This document shows positions 39,950 to 51,303 of a stretch of DNA of 64,000 nt, one piece after another (the stretch's first letter is position 1; each line of letters opens with the position of its first letter). The stretch is from an uncultured Clostridia bacterium. GTDB taxonomy: Bacteria > CAYTYR01 > UBA6262. The notes below the pieces were generated by a model that made no database searches, had not been told where the DNA came from, and worked only from the letters and a program-made list of their open reading frames with translations. The stretch lies in the NCBI GenBank assembly GCA_964441745.1, contig CAYTYR010000005.1, positions 1 to 64,000 on the forward strand. The letters run 5' to 3'. Made by a program: the position numbers and the translations under genes.

Positions 39950-40924
39950 ATGAAAGCGAAAAGAATAGCGATTGTGACTAGCGGCGGTGATGCGCCGGGA
40001 ATGAATGCAGCGATCAGGGCAGTGGTGCGTACCGCGATATTTAACGGCCTGGCAGTATTGGGGATTGAAAGAGGCTATGCCGGCTTGATCGAAGGGCAGA
40101 TAGTAAACCTTACCTTGCGCTCGGTTTCCGGCATAATTAATCGTGGCGGCACTATCCTGAAGACTGTTCGTTGCGAAGAGATACAGACCTATAAAGGTTT
40201 GGAAAAAGCGGTTGCGGTTATTAAAAAGTATAAAATAGATTATCTGGTAGTTATTGGCGGTAATGGCTCATTCCATGGGGCCTGGGAAATTTATCAGGCT
40301 ACCGGCCAAAAATTAAAAGTAGTTGGTATACCGGCTAGTATCGATAATGATGTGGCGGGGACCGATGAAACTATCGGCTTTGATACTGCTGCCAACACCG
40401 CTGTCGAAGCCATAGATAAGATACGGGATACGGCGACCAGTCATGAACGGGTGTTCGTGATCGATGTAATGGGCCGCGATAGGGGTTTTTTAGCCCTGGA
40501 AGTAGGCTTAGCCAGTGGCGCAGAATTTATTTTAGTGCCAGAATTACGATATGATTTAGTAAAAATGTGTGAGTCCATTTCCAGCGGCAAACGGCATGGC
40601 AAGACCAGTTATATTATTGTGATGGCTGAAGGAGCCGGTAGTCCTGCAGCTATCTGTGAACAAATCAAGGACTGTACCGGTATGGAAGTGCGTTATAGCA
40701 CACTGGGATATATTCAGCGTGGCGGTTCACCAACTGCCCGCAGCCGTATTTTAGCTGAGAAATTCGGCAAAAAGGCTGTAGAACTGATCTTGAAAGGCGA
40801 AAAAACTAAGATCGTCGGTATTAAAAATAACAAAATTGTCACCAGCTCTTTGGATTATGCCTGGAAAGGTACTAAAGAGCTGGATCAGAAAATGTATAAG
40901 TTAGCAGAAATATTGGCAATATAA
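39950..40924 (+). CDS. pfkA: 6-phosphofructokinase
   Basis: TSGGDAPGMN, GGNGS, SIDND, MGR, LGYIQRGG; start moved to MKAKR. Confidence 0.95.
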   Translation: MKAKRIAIVTSGGDAPGMNAAIRAVVRTAIFNGLAVLGIERGYAGLIEGQIVNLTLRSVSGIINRGGTILKTVRCEEIQTYKGLEKAVAVIKKYKIDYLVVIGGNGSFHGAWEIYQATGQKLKVVGIPASIDNDVAGTDETIGFDTAANTAVEAIDKIRDTATSHERVFVIDVMGRDRGFLALEVGLASGAEFILVPELRYDLVKMCESISSGKRHGKTSYIIVMAEGAGSPAAICEQIKDCTGMEVRYSTLGYIQRGGSPTARSRILAEKFGKKAVELILKGEKTKIVGIKNNKIVTSSLDYAWKGTKELDQKMYKLAEILAI

Positions 40925-40995
40925 GTCAGCGCTCAGCGTACAGCGTTCAGAAAACAGGAAAAAATAAAAAAAATAAAAAAGGGGGAACAGCAAGC

Positions 40996-42321
40996 ATGGG
41001 AAGGAATATTGATGAAATTGTCAAAGAGTTAGTAACCAGTGATGACCTGCATGTGAAAGAGAAATGCTTGGATGAAATTTGGGCGCAGGCCCGGGAAAAA
41101 GGTATCTATCCGGCCAGCATACAGGGCTTGTATGAAGCCCGGGGAAAAGAGCAGTATAAAGGACTGAGCGTACCAGCTATGAATTTACGGGCGCTGGCCT
41201 ACGATTCAGCCAGAGCTGTATTCCGCGCCGCTAAAAAAATCAATGCCGGCGCTTTCATCATGGAAATAGCTAAAAGTGAAATGGGCTATACTAACCAGCG
41301 TCCTAGTGAATATGTGGGCGTATGCCTGGCCGCCGCGGTAAAAGAAGGCCATGAAGGTCCGGTGTTTATCCAAGGCGATCATTTCCAGGTAAATATGAAA
41401 AAGTTTAAAGAAGATCCCAAGAAAGAAGTCCAGGGAGTCAAAGACCTGATCCGTGAAGCTATTGCCAGCGGATTTTACAATATTGATATTGATACCTCTA
41501 CCCTGGTAGAGCTGGAAAAGCCAACAGTAAAAGAACAACAGAAAAATAATTACGAAGTATGCGCAGAACTGACTAAATATATACGTAGTATCGAGCCGAA
41601 GGGCATCACGGTGTCTGTCGGCGGGGAGATCGGTGAAGTAGGGACCAAAAATTCTACGGTGGAAGATCTCGACGCTTTTATGGAAGGGTATCTTTCATTA
41701 TTACCCAAGAGTATGACCGGCATCAGCAAAATGAGCGTGCAAACCGGGACTTCCCATGGTGGTGTGGTATTGCCTGATGGATCAGTGGCCACGGTAAAGC
41801 TTGATTTTAATGTGCTCAAAGAGATTGGTATTGCCGGCCGCAAGAAATATGGGATCAGCGGCGCTGTCCAGCACGGCGCGTCTACTTTGCCGGATGAAGC
41901 GTTCCATAATTTCCCGGCGGCGGAGACTGCTGAAGTACATTTGGCTACCGGTTTCCAGAATATGATCTACGAAAGCAAGAATCTGCCGGAAGATTTGCGG
42001 AAAAAGATGTATGCCTGGCTGCATGAAAATGCGAAGGAAGAAATGAAGGCTGGCATGACTGAAGAGCAATTTATTTATAAAGCCCGCAAAAAAGCTATCG
42101 GTCCTTTCAAAAAAGAAATGTTCAGTATTCCCGGGAACCTGCGGGAAGCTATCGGTGGAGAATTGGAAGCTAAGTTCAGCTTCCTGTTTGACCAGCTCAA
42201 GATCAAAGGATCCAAGGAATTAGTGAAAAAACATGTCGGCAATACCAAAGATATTGCGCGTGCCGCTTCCCTGATGGACATCAAAAAGGGTGGCGAGATG
42301 TCATCTGAAGGCGCCGATTAA
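40996..42321 (+). CDS. Class II fructose-bisphosphate aldolase family, long atypical form
   Basis: QGDH, GGEIGEVG, GTSHGG, HGASTLP metal/substrate motifs; lies between pfkA and pyk. Confidence 0.78.
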   Translation: MGRNIDEIVKELVTSDDLHVKEKCLDEIWAQAREKGIYPASIQGLYEARGKEQYKGLSVPAMNLRALAYDSARAVFRAAKKINAGAFIMEIAKSEMGYTNQRPSEYVGVCLAAAVKEGHEGPVFIQGDHFQVNMKKFKEDPKKEVQGVKDLIREAIASGFYNIDIDTSTLVELEKPTVKEQQKNNYEVCAELTKYIRSIEPKGITVSVGGEIGEVGTKNSTVEDLDAFMEGYLSLLPKSMTGISKMSVQTGTSHGGVVLPDGSVATVKLDFNVLKEIGIAGRKKYGISGAVQHGASTLPDEAFHNFPAAETAEVHLATGFQNMIYESKNLPEDLRKKMYAWLHENAKEEMKAGMTEEQFIYKARKKAIGPFKKEMFSIPGNLREAIGGELEAKFSFLFDQLKIKGSKELVKKHVGNTKDIARAASLMDIKKGGEMSSEGAD

Positions 42322-42326
42322 GAAAC

Positions 42327-42387
42327 GATTACCCGCCAAAAAGCGCCGGCGGGCACAGCACAGATTTAAAGAGCGATTACACAGATT
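42327..42387. repeat. GATTACACAGATT repeats with a hairpin insert
   Basis: Near copy of 34417-34462. Confidence 0.85.
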
Positions 42388-42404
42388 TCTTAAAGGTAAT
42401 AAAA

Positions 42405-43826
42405 ATGAGAAGAAGCAAGATTATATGCACGATCGGTCCAGCCAGCCAGGACCTGCAAACTATTAAGGAGCTGATCCAGGCGGGCATGAATATTGCCCGC
42501 CTAAACGCTTCACATGGCGATTTCAAAACTTTAGGTAAAATAATTGCCAATATCAGGATCGCTGCTAAAGTATTACAGAAAAATGTGGGGATTTTACTGG
42601 ATTTGGAAGGGCCGCATGTCCGGGTAGGAGATATAGCTGGGGGTAAGGTTGATTTGCATGAAGGCCAGGAACTGATCATTACTGCTTCCCAGATACTAGG
42701 TAACAGTAAATATATCTCTATCAATTACAGGAATATCATCAAAGATGTAAAAGCCGGTAATAACATCCTGCTGGATGACGGCAATATTAAACTACAGGTA
42801 GTCAAAAAGTCTGCTGATGGCTTGCATTGTTCAGTGCTGGAAAGCGGCGCTCTGAAGAGCCATAAAAGCGTTAATGTCCCCGGGGTTTATTTAAACCTGC
42901 CATCGATGACGGCCAAGGACCTGGATTATATCAAATTTGGTATCCAGCAGCGGGTAGATTTCTTTGGCCTTTCTTTTGTGCGGCATACGCAGGATGTGAT
43001 AAAAGTTAAGAATCTTATTAAGAAATTTAAAGCAAAAACTTGGGTCATAGCTAAAATTGAACATCCTCTGGCCGTGGCTAATATAGATGATATTATCAAT
43101 GCCGCTGATGGTATCATGATCGCCCGTGGCGATTTGGGAGTGGAACTGCCAACAGAAGATGTACCCATTGTACAAAAAACAATTATCCGCAAATGTAATA
43201 CTTTTGCCAAGCCGGTCATTACCGCAACGCAAATGCTGGAGTCTATGATCGATAACCTGATCCCAACTAGGGCTGAGGCTAGTGATGTGGCCAACGCCAT
43301 AATTGATGGCACAGACGCGGTCATGTTGTCAGGTGAAACAGCAGTAGGCAAACATCCGGCATTAGTGGTACAGACCATGGAGAAGATTATCCTAAAGGCT
43401 GAAACATCCATGGATTATGATAAGATATTTGAATCTAAAAAAATGATACGCGCGATTGGTAATATTCCGCATGCAGTAAGTCATGCGACAATTCAGGCGG
43501 CAATCGACCTGAAGGCGCAAGCTATAATTACGGCTACAAAAAGCGGCCAGACCGCGCGTTTGATTGCCTGTCATCGTCCCAGTGCTTTTATTTATGCCAT
43601 TACCACTGATAAAGATAACGTCAGGAAATTGAACCTGCTCTGGGGTGTGATTCCGTACCATATTGACAAGTATATCCGAAATACTGACCAGATGATCGAA
43701 TGTTCAATGAAAGTGGTCAAACAGCACAAAAGAGTGCAATCTGGCGACACGGTAGTGATCACCAGCGGCGCACCGGCTGGAATTGCCGGCAAGACCAATA
43801 TGCTGGAGATCAATGTCATTAAATAA
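42405..43826 (+). CDS. pyk: Pyruvate kinase
   Basis: KIICTIGPAS, ARLNASHG, IAKIE, IMIARGDLGVE, ATQMLESM, MLSGETA. Confidence 0.97.
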   Translation: MRRSKIICTIGPASQDLQTIKELIQAGMNIARLNASHGDFKTLGKIIANIRIAAKVLQKNVGILLDLEGPHVRVGDIAGGKVDLHEGQELIITASQILGNSKYISINYRNIIKDVKAGNNILLDDGNIKLQVVKKSADGLHCSVLESGALKSHKSVNVPGVYLNLPSMTAKDLDYIKFGIQQRVDFFGLSFVRHTQDVIKVKNLIKKFKAKTWVIAKIEHPLAVANIDDIINAADGIMIARGDLGVELPTEDVPIVQKTIIRKCNTFAKPVITATQMLESMIDNLIPTRAEASDVANAIIDGTDAVMLSGETAVGKHPALVVQTMEKIILKAETSMDYDKIFESKKMIRAIGNIPHAVSHATIQAAIDLKAQAIITATKSGQTARLIACHRPSAFIYAITTDKDNVRKLNLLWGVIPYHIDKYIRNTDQMIECSMKVVKQHKRVQSGDTVVITSGAPAGIAGKTNMLEINVIK

Positions 43827-43865
43827 GTGATAAAGTGGTAAGTGATAGAGTGATAAGAGGAAAAG

Positions 43866-44264
43866 ATGCAAGAGCACAGCTTAGAGATCAGAGTAAGTTA
43901 TGCTGATACTGACCAGATGGATGTGGTCTATTATGCCAATTATTTCGTCTGGTTCGAACGCGGCCGGATAGAGTATTTGCGCGCGCTTGGCTTATCCTAC
44001 AAGGAAATGGAAAAGCAGAACCTGATCCTGCCAGTGATGGAAGCCAGCTGTTCTTATAAAGCGCCGGCCCATTTTGATGACCTGGTAGTAGTGAAGACAA
44101 TGATTAAAGAACTGGGTAAAAGCAGTATTAATTTTACTTATGAAGTATTAAACAAAGAAACAAGTCAGCTATTAGCTACCGGTGAGACCCGGCACCCGTT
44201 CATTAACCGGGAAAGAAAAATTGTCCGGATTCCAGACGAAATCCGAACAAAACTCAGCGCCTGA
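43866..44264 (+). CDS. Acyl-CoA thioesterase (YbgC/FadM hotdog family)
   Basis: [23 protein letters not shown]. Confidence 0.9.
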   Translation: MQEHSLEIRVSYADTDQMDVVYYANYFVWFERGRIEYLRALGLSYKEMEKQNLILPVMEASCSYKAPAHFDDLVVVKTMIKELGKSSINFTYEVLNKETSQLLATGETRHPFINRERKIVRIPDEIRTKLSA

Positions 44265-44311
44265 CCCGTGACTCGCAGACCCGCGACTCGCGACTATCTT
44301 GGAGGTTTTTA

Positions 44312-44662
44312 ATGTTTCGCATTATGTGTAAGTCAAAAATCCACCGGGCAACGGTTACCGAAGCTAATTTAGCCTACGAAGGAAGCATCAGTATTGATAA
44401 GACATTACTTGGGGCCGCGGATATTTTGCCCTTTGAAAAAGTACAAGTATTGAATGTCAATAATGGTTCCCGTGTGGAAACTTATGTTATGGAGGCGCCA
44501 GCCGGATCAGGAGTAATTTGCTTGAATGGGGCAGCGGCTCGCTGGGGACAGCCAGGCGACCTGGTCATCATTATGGCCTATGAAGTAGTAGAAGAGAAAA
44601 GGGCCAAAAAATATCAACCTAAGATCGTGCTGGTCAATGAAAGAAACAGGATTAAAAAGTGA
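44312..44662 (+). CDS. panD: Aspartate 1-decarboxylase
   Basis: [14 protein letters not shown] cleavage site, [16 protein letters not shown]. Confidence 0.96.
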   Translation: MFRIMCKSKIHRATVTEANLAYEGSISIDKTLLGAADILPFEKVQVLNVNNGSRVETYVMEAPAGSGVICLNGAAARWGQPGDLVIIMAYEVVEEKRAKKYQPKIVLVNERNRIKK

Positions 44663-45411
44663 TCAAGATCATAAATCTGACCAAGAGATACGGCAAATTG
44701 CTGGCCCTGGATAATTTGAATCTGGAGATCTCCCCTGGGGAGATTTTTGGTTTTTTAGGTCCCAATGGCGCCGGCAAAACTACTACTGTTAAGTTACTTT
44801 GCGGTTTACTGAAACCCAGTCAGGGGCAAGCCATTGTTGGGGATATTGATATCCAGCAGCATCCCGAAGAAGCTAAGAAGATCATCGGTTTAGTGCCGGA
44901 TTTCCCGTTTGTTTATAAAAAGCTGACGGGCCATGAATTTCTGCAATTTATCGGTGACTTATATGGTGTCACCGCAGAGAACATGGAAGACAAGATTCCG
45001 AAATACCTGGAAATGTTCGAATTAACTCCCTGGGCCAACGAATTGATCGAAAATTATTCCCGCGGGATGCAGCAAAAGCTGGTCATGGCCAGTGTCCTGC
45101 TGCATGAGCCTAAAGTCATTGTCCTGGACGAACCATTGGTAGGCTTGGATCCTAAGGGGGCCAGGGTGATGAAAGAAATATTTGTCAATTTAAGTAAAAA
45201 AGGTACGACTATCTTTATGTGTACCCACACTTTGGAGATCGCTGAACGGATGTGCGACCGGATTGGTATTATCCAGAATGGGAAGCTGACTAATATGGGT
45301 ACGACAGATGAATTGCGCCAGCAGGTTAAAGAAGGGGGCAATTTAGAAGATATTTTTCTGCAGTTGACTGGCGGTTCAGAATATGCGGACCTGTTGAAAT
45401 ACTTAGAATAA
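44659..45411 (+). CDS. ABC transporter ATP-binding protein
   Basis: [18 protein letters not shown]. Confidence 0.92.
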   Translation: MIKIINLTKRYGKLLALDNLNLEISPGEIFGFLGPNGAGKTTTVKLLCGLLKPSQGQAIVGDIDIQQHPEEAKKIIGLVPDFPFVYKKLTGHEFLQFIGDLYGVTAENMEDKIPKYLEMFELTPWANELIENYSRGMQQKLVMASVLLHEPKVIVLDEPLVGLDPKGARVMKEIFVNLSKKGTTIFMCTHTLEIAERMCDRIGIIQNGKLTNMGTTDELRQQVKEGGNLEDIFLQLTGGSEYADLLKYLE

Positions 45412-45540
45412 TGCTAAATTACAAATTGCATCGTCCCAATGTATTGGAACTTATTACAAATTTAAGTATTTATATATTAGTATAGTTACCATAATTTAGC
45501 ATAAACGAAGTGATAAAACTTGTAATTTGGAATGTTAATT

Positions 45541-47214
45541 ATGAATAATATTTGGCTATTGACTAAAATAAATCTCCTATCCTTGCGCAACAGCGTTAAA
45601 ATTACCTCAAAAGAAGACATCATCAAACGAATTATTTTCCCGTTAATGGGAGCTCTTTTCCTGTGGGGATTGTATGTATTGTGTTATAAGGGTATGGTTT
45701 ATATGCGGGGAACGCCGCTTTTAGGCCCGTTGTTGATCGCCAGGTTTTTTGCCATGATCTTTCTGGCATTCATGGTGATGCTTATATTCTCTAATATTAT
45801 CACCAGTTTTACCGCTATTTATTTCTCCTATGACCTGCATTTACTGCTCAGCAGTCCTATTTCCTTTAATAGCATCTTTATCCTCAAGTTCGTGGAGACG
45901 ATGGCCTATTCATCATGGATGTTACTCTTAACCTTATCTCCGCTCATATTATCGTATGCCCAAGTCTATCTCTATCCGGTCAGCGGATTTTTATTGTCCA
46001 TCCTGGCCATGATGCCATTTTTTGTGATTTGTTCTGGTATTGGCGTGCTGCTTAGCCTGGTTCTGATGTACTTTTTCCCCAGCAAGAAAACCCGGGATAT
46101 TTTTATAGTTTTAGGAGTGATACTTGGCAGCGGCCTGTACTTGTTTTTCCGGTTCTTGCAGCCGGAGCGGATCACTAATCCGACAGAAATGATGAGTATC
46201 TTCCAATATATGGCCGGATTGCAGGCTCCGGTAGCTGGATACTCGCCAAGTTACTGGGTTTCACAGGCAATCATTTTTTCGGTTCGGCGCCCGCTTAATA
46301 ATTACTATTACTATCTGGGTTTCCTGGTTATTGGGGCACTGGCTTTAGTGATCATTAACCTGATAGTAGCCAAATATGTCTATTATGAAGGCTGGGTCTC
46401 CAGCCAGGATGCGGCCAAGAAAGTCTTCAAAAAGTCTTTACTATCCAAGCTGGATGCCAGCAGGTTTATGGTAGTGTTGCCACGGGAATTTAAAGCCCTC
46501 TTGTTTAAGGATATCCGTATCTTTTTCCGTGATACCAGCCAGTGGTCGCAAATACTTCTATTGCTGGTACTGGTAATAATTTATGTTTTTAATATCTACA
46601 AATTGCCATTGGACCTGCCAGCTTTAAGGTTATTGGTTTCATTCCTGAATATTGGCATGGTCGGATTTGTGATAGCGGCGGTGGCTTTGCGCTTTGTTTT
46701 TCCCCAGGTCAGCCTGGAAGGTAATAGTTTTTGGATCATCAGGAGCGCTCCGCTTTCCGTTAAACGTTTCATGTGGGAAAAATTCTGGCTATCTTTATTC
46801 CCATTGCTAATATTATCTACAGCCTTGATCTGGTTTTCAAATATCGTGCTGAAAGCTGACCGGTTTATGATGGTCTTTACTACGGCAACAGTATTTTTCC
46901 AGACTATTGGCTTGACCGGAATGGGGATCGGTATGGGCGCGTATTTCCCGCGGTTTAAAGTGGAAAATATCGCCCAGATAGAATCCAGCATGGGCGGCGT
47001 ATTATATATGGTTTTCTCTTTATTTTATATTGGACTGACTATTGCCCTGGAAGCAGTGCCGGTGAGAATGTATGTCCTGGGGCAGATCAGCGGCAGGTTC
47101 CCGTCGGCAACACTGCTCATCGGCATAGTTTGTGCTATAATGGCGATGAATATACTGGCAACTTTTTTACCGGTTAAAACAGGTATTAAAGCAATCGAGA
47201 ATATGGACCTCTAA
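45541..47214 (+). CDS. ABC exporter permease (large polytopic)
   Basis: About 12-14 TM segments, DLHLLLSSPI and SLEGNSFWIIRSAP motifs; follows the ATPase. Confidence 0.78.
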   Translation: MNNIWLLTKINLLSLRNSVKITSKEDIIKRIIFPLMGALFLWGLYVLCYKGMVYMRGTPLLGPLLIARFFAMIFLAFMVMLIFSNIITSFTAIYFSYDLHLLLSSPISFNSIFILKFVETMAYSSWMLLLTLSPLILSYAQVYLYPVSGFLLSILAMMPFFVICSGIGVLLSLVLMYFFPSKKTRDIFIVLGVILGSGLYLFFRFLQPERITNPTEMMSIFQYMAGLQAPVAGYSPSYWVSQAIIFSVRRPLNNYYYYLGFLVIGALALVIINLIVAKYVYYEGWVSSQDAAKKVFKKSLLSKLDASRFMVVLPREFKALLFKDIRIFFRDTSQWSQILLLLVLVIIYVFNIYKLPLDLPALRLLVSFLNIGMVGFVIAAVALRFVFPQVSLEGNSFWIIRSAPLSVKRFMWEKFWLSLFPLLILSTALIWFSNIVLKADRFMMVFTTATVFFQTIGLTGMGIGMGAYFPRFKVENIAQIESSMGGVLYMVFSLFYIGLTIALEAVPVRMYVLGQISGRFPSATLLIGIVCAIMAMNILATFLPVKTGIKAIENMDL

Positions 47215-47216
47215 AT

Positions 47217-47879
47217 ATGATTACACAGATTAAAAAGCTGATTACACCGATTATTTTGTTGTTAATCTTCTTACTTGTTACTGGTTGCCAGCAGGGGCAG
47301 GTACCGCAGGATAAATTATTGGTTGAGGACGCGGAAGAATGGATCAATGCCCAGGGTTATGATAAAGCCTTGGAAAGCCTGAAAAAAGCTATTGAAATTA
47401 ATCCGCGGAATTTGAAAGCATATGTGTTACTTGGTGATGTTTACTATTTCCAGTCTAACGAAATTATGTTCCGGATGCAGGTATTAAACCTGGTTTTTAA
47501 ATATGGGCGGCGATTACGCTTTGCCACAGCTAAAGAACTGGATTTGGCTACGCCGACAGAAGAATTATTGCTATCAGGAATGGGTTCTTATCAAAAAGCC
47601 CTGGATTTATTAAAAGAAGGAGTAGTTGACCCAACGGTAGAGGATACATACCTTAATTATGAGCTTGGCTGGGGATATATGGCCATGGATGATATAGAAA
47701 ACGCCAAGAAATATTTTCAAAACTCTATTACAGGCGGCAAGGACCGTTGGGATGCTAAAAGCGCCGATAAATATATCTGGTACCTGGAACAAAAAGCTAT
47801 TGACCAGAAAAACCAGGAAATACTGAAAAAAGCCCGTCAGGAATTACTTGAAAAAAAGGAGAAGCAACGCAAAAAATGA
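47217..47879 (+). CDS. TPR lipoprotein
   Basis: Lipobox VTGC; YDKALESLKKAIEINPRNLKAYVLLGDVY TPR. Confidence 0.7.
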   Translation: MITQIKKLITPIILLLIFLLVTGCQQGQVPQDKLLVEDAEEWINAQGYDKALESLKKAIEINPRNLKAYVLLGDVYYFQSNEIMFRMQVLNLVFKYGRRLRFATAKELDLATPTEELLLSGMGSYQKALDLLKEGVVDPTVEDTYLNYELGWGYMAMDDIENAKKYFQNSITGGKDRWDAKSADKYIWYLEQKAIDQKNQEILKKARQELLEKKEKQRKK

Positions 47880-48562
47880 AAAAACTGTATATCTTTTTGA
47901 TCTTGGGGATAATGTTATCTACTGCCGCCTATGCTCTCAATCGAAACTATCTGGGATATGCAGTAGGTCAGGCCAAAACCAGGGAGAAAGTAGTTGCCTT
48001 GACCTTTGATGATGGCCCCAACAAAACTTATACCCCGCAGGTCTTGGCGGTACTTAAAAAGTACAACATTAAGGCGACATTTTTCATGTGCGGGGCATAT
48101 GCCCAGTACTATCCTGAACTGGTAAAGCAGGCGTCGGCTGACGGCCATGAAATTGCCAATCATAGTTTCAGTCATCCCAATCTTTTTAAGAATAAAGCTA
48201 AACGCGGAGCAGTACTGGTTAATGAAGTAAAGCAAATGAATCAATTGATCGAAAAACTAACCATGATCCGGCCGGCCTATTTCCGCGCTCCTTATAATTA
48301 TATGGGAGCAGAGACAGTCAAGGCGATCAATAATCTTGGATTGATCTATGTAAGCTGGACTTTCAGCGTCAAAGACTGGGAAAAACCCGCACCTGAAGTT
48401 ATGGTTAAGGATTTTAACAAAAAACTGATCCCAGGATCGATCGTCTTGCTGCACGATGGCGGCGGGAACAGGGCTAACACTGTAGCGGCTTTATCCGGCA
48501 TGATCGAGTCAGCCAAAAAAAAGGGATACAGGTTTGTGACCTTGGGAGAACTGCTTAAATAA
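47876..48562 (+). CDS. Polysaccharide/peptidoglycan deacetylase (CE4, NodB)
   Basis: TFDDGP, HEIANHSFSH, FRAPY, KDW, LLHDGG. Confidence 0.93.
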   Translation: MKKLYIFLILGIMLSTAAYALNRNYLGYAVGQAKTREKVVALTFDDGPNKTYTPQVLAVLKKYNIKATFFMCGAYAQYYPELVKQASADGHEIANHSFSHPNLFKNKAKRGAVLVNEVKQMNQLIEKLTMIRPAYFRAPYNYMGAETVKAINNLGLIYVSWTFSVKDWEKPAPEVMVKDFNKKLIPGSIVLLHDGGGNRANTVAALSGMIESAKKKGYRFVTLGELLK

Positions 48563-48697
48563 GAGCAGTTTTGAGTTAGAAGTTTTAAGTTTTAAATTTA
48601 GGTAAAGAGCTTTTTACATTAATTCAAAATTCTCCGCTTTTAAGCCTGGCGGATCCGCCTTTGGCGGAAAAACTTAACACTGCTTTTGAGGTATGGA

Positions 48698-51268
48698 ATG
48701 GATATTAATAAATTTACCTATAAAGCCCAGGAAGCATTACAGGAAGCGCAGAGAAAAACAACAGAAGCAGGCCAGCAACAGATAGAGATTGAGCATTTAC
48801 TGTCTGCTTTGTTATCCCAGAAAGACGGCATAGTTCCGCTTATCTTGCAGGAAACCAACCTGGATCCGGTTGCCCTAAAACAGGAAACAGAAACAGCTAT
48901 AGCTAACTATCCCCGAGTATCAGGCGGAGGCCAGATATATCTCTCCCCGTCCTTAGACCGGGTGCTGAACAACAGTTTAAAAGAAACACAGAATTTAAAA
49001 GATGAATTTATTTCCACAGAACATATTCTGCTGGCCATGTTGGCTGAATCAACATCTATCCTGAAAGCCAACGGCCTGACCAGGGAAAAAACTTTGCAGG
49101 CGCTGCAGAAGGTGAGAGGAGGACAACAAGTGACTGACCAAAATCCAGAAGTAAAATACAAGGCCTTGGAAAAATATAGCCGCGACCTGACTGAACTGGC
49201 GAGAAAAGGCAAGTTGGATCCAGTGATCGGTCGGGATGATGAGATCCGCCGGGTAATACAAGTTTTATCGCGTCGTACCAAAAATAATCCGGTGCTGATC
49301 GGTGAAGCCGGTGTAGGCAAGACAGCAATAGTGGAAGGATTAGCCCAACGTATTATCAGCGGTGATGTGCCGGACACTTTAAAAAATAAGCAGTTGGTAG
49401 CCTTAGATCTGGGAGCCATGATCGCCGGCGCAAAATTCCGCGGGGAATTCGAAGACCGCCTGAAAGCGTTGCTCAAGGAAGTGACTGACAGCGCCGGGCA
49501 AATCATCCTGTTTATCGATGAGCTGCATACTTTAGTCGGGGCTGGCGCTGCCGAAGGCGCAATCGATGCCAGTAATATGTTGAAGCCGGCCTTGGCTCGT
49601 GGGGAACTCCGGGCAGTTGGCGCTACTACAATCGATGAATACCGTAAGCATATAGAAAAAGACGCGGCCTTGGAACGCCGGTTCCAGCCGGTATTAGCCG
49701 GTGAACCGACGGTAGAGCAGACAATAGCTATTTTGCGGGGATTGAAAGAACGCTATGAGGTCCATCATGGTGTTAAAATAAAAGATGAAGCCTTGGTGGC
49801 AGCCGCTACTTTGTCTTCCCGCTACATCACCGATCGTTTTCTGCCGGATAAAGCCATTGACCTGGTTGATGAAGCAGCCTCGCGGCTGCATATTGAAATA
49901 GATAGTATGCCTACCGAAATTGATGAAATAGAGCGTAAGGTCAGGCAATTGGAAATTGAGAAGCAGGCGCTGAAAAAAGAAAGTGATGAAGGCAGTAAGA
50001 AGCGTCTGGCCAGCCTGGAAAAAGAATTGGCTGACCTGAAGAATCAATCTACTGTGTTAAAAGCCCATTGGCAAAAAGAAAAGGAACTGATCAGCAGGAT
50101 CAGGCAAGCCAAAGAGAAAATAGAAAGCATGAAACTGGAAGAAAAGAAAGCGGAACGCAGCGGGGACCTGGGTAAAGCCGCAGAGATAAAGTACGGGACT
50201 TTACCGGGTGTGCAGAAGCAACTGGATGGGGATAATGCCAAGCTCGTGGAACTGCAAAAGAACCAGAAGATGCTCAAGGAAGAAGTAGACCTGGAAGATA
50301 TTGCCGAAGTAGTGAGCAAGTGGACGGGAGTACCGGTTTCGCGGATGATGGAAAGTGAACTGCAAAAACTGGTGCAGATGGAAGAGAAACTTAAAGAACG
50401 GGTGATAGGGCAAGACGAGGCTATTGCCGCTATCGCCAATGCTGTCCGCCGGGGCCGGGCTGGTTTGCAGGATGCCAATCGTCCGTTAGGTTCATTTATC
50501 TTCCTGGGGCCAACCGGGGTAGGCAAAACTGAATTAGCCAAGGCTTTAGCTGAATTTCTTTTTAATGATGAAAAAGCCATGATCCGGATTGATATGAGTG
50601 AATATATGGAAAAGCACAGTGTCGCCAGGCTGATCGGCGCTCCTCCGGGATATGTTGGTTATGAAGAAGGCGGACAGCTTACGGAAACAGTGCGCCGCCG
50701 TCCCTATGCCGTATTATTATTTGATGAAATTGAAAAAGCCCATTCAGATGTATTTAATATTTTTTTGCAGATCCTGGAGGATGGTCGTTTGACTGACGGC
50801 CAGGGGCGGACGGTTGATTTTAAAAACACCGTAATTATCATGACCTCCAATACCGGCAGCCAGTTTATCCAGGAATTGATGGGCGCCAATGAAGAAGAAA
50901 TGCGGCGGCGGGTAATGGAAACCCTGCGCCAGCAGTTTAAACCGGAATTCCTGAACCGGGTGGACGAAGTGGTAATTTTCCATAATTTGTCCAAACAAAA
51001 TATCAAGAGTATTGTAGATATCCAGCTAAAAAAACTAGAGCAAAAACTCCAGGAAAAGAATATCAGGATAACTATCTCGGATAGAGCTAAAACCTTGCTG
51101 ATCGATGAAGGCTTTGATCCTGTCTATGGGGCCCGGCCGCTAAAACGTACTATCCAGCGGCTGATCCAGGACCCGCTCGCCACCAAGATATTATCCGGGG
51201 AAATAAAGGAACGGGACCAGATCGAGATTGAGGCCAAAGAAAAACTGCTGGTTTTTAAAAGGAAGTAG
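48698..51268 (+). CDS. clpB: ATP-dependent chaperone ClpB
   Basis: Two AAA+ modules ([16 protein letters not shown]), long middle coiled coil, YGARPLKR. Confidence 0.96.
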   Translation: MDINKFTYKAQEALQEAQRKTTEAGQQQIEIEHLLSALLSQKDGIVPLILQETNLDPVALKQETETAIANYPRVSGGGQIYLSPSLDRVLNNSLKETQNLKDEFISTEHILLAMLAESTSILKANGLTREKTLQALQKVRGGQQVTDQNPEVKYKALEKYSRDLTELARKGKLDPVIGRDDEIRRVIQVLSRRTKNNPVLIGEAGVGKTAIVEGLAQRIISGDVPDTLKNKQLVALDLGAMIAGAKFRGEFEDRLKALLKEVTDSAGQIILFIDELHTLVGAGAAEGAIDASNMLKPALARGELRAVGATTIDEYRKHIEKDAALERRFQPVLAGEPTVEQTIAILRGLKERYEVHHGVKIKDEALVAAATLSSRYITDRFLPDKAIDLVDEAASRLHIEIDSMPTEIDEIERKVRQLEIEKQALKKESDEGSKKRLASLEKELADLKNQSTVLKAHWQKEKELISRIRQAKEKIESMKLEEKKAERSGDLGKAAEIKYGTLPGVQKQLDGDNAKLVELQKNQKMLKEEVDLEDIAEVVSKWTGVPVSRMMESELQKLVQMEEKLKERVIGQDEAIAAIANAVRRGRAGLQDANRPLGSFIFLGPTGVGKTELAKALAEFLFNDEKAMIRIDMSEYMEKHSVARLIGAPPGYVGYEEGGQLTETVRRRPYAVLLFDEIEKAHSDVFNIFLQILEDGRLTDGQGRTVDFKNTVIIMTSNTGSQFIQELMGANEEEMRRRVMETLRQQFKPEFLNRVDEVVIFHNLSKQNIKSIVDIQLKKLEQKLQEKNIRITISDRAKTLLIDEGFDPVYGARPLKRTIQRLIQDPLATKILSGEIKERDQIEIEAKEKLLVFKRK

Positions 51269-51303
51269 TAATTTTAAGCCAATAAATTCAAAAGGAGTCG
51301 TTT

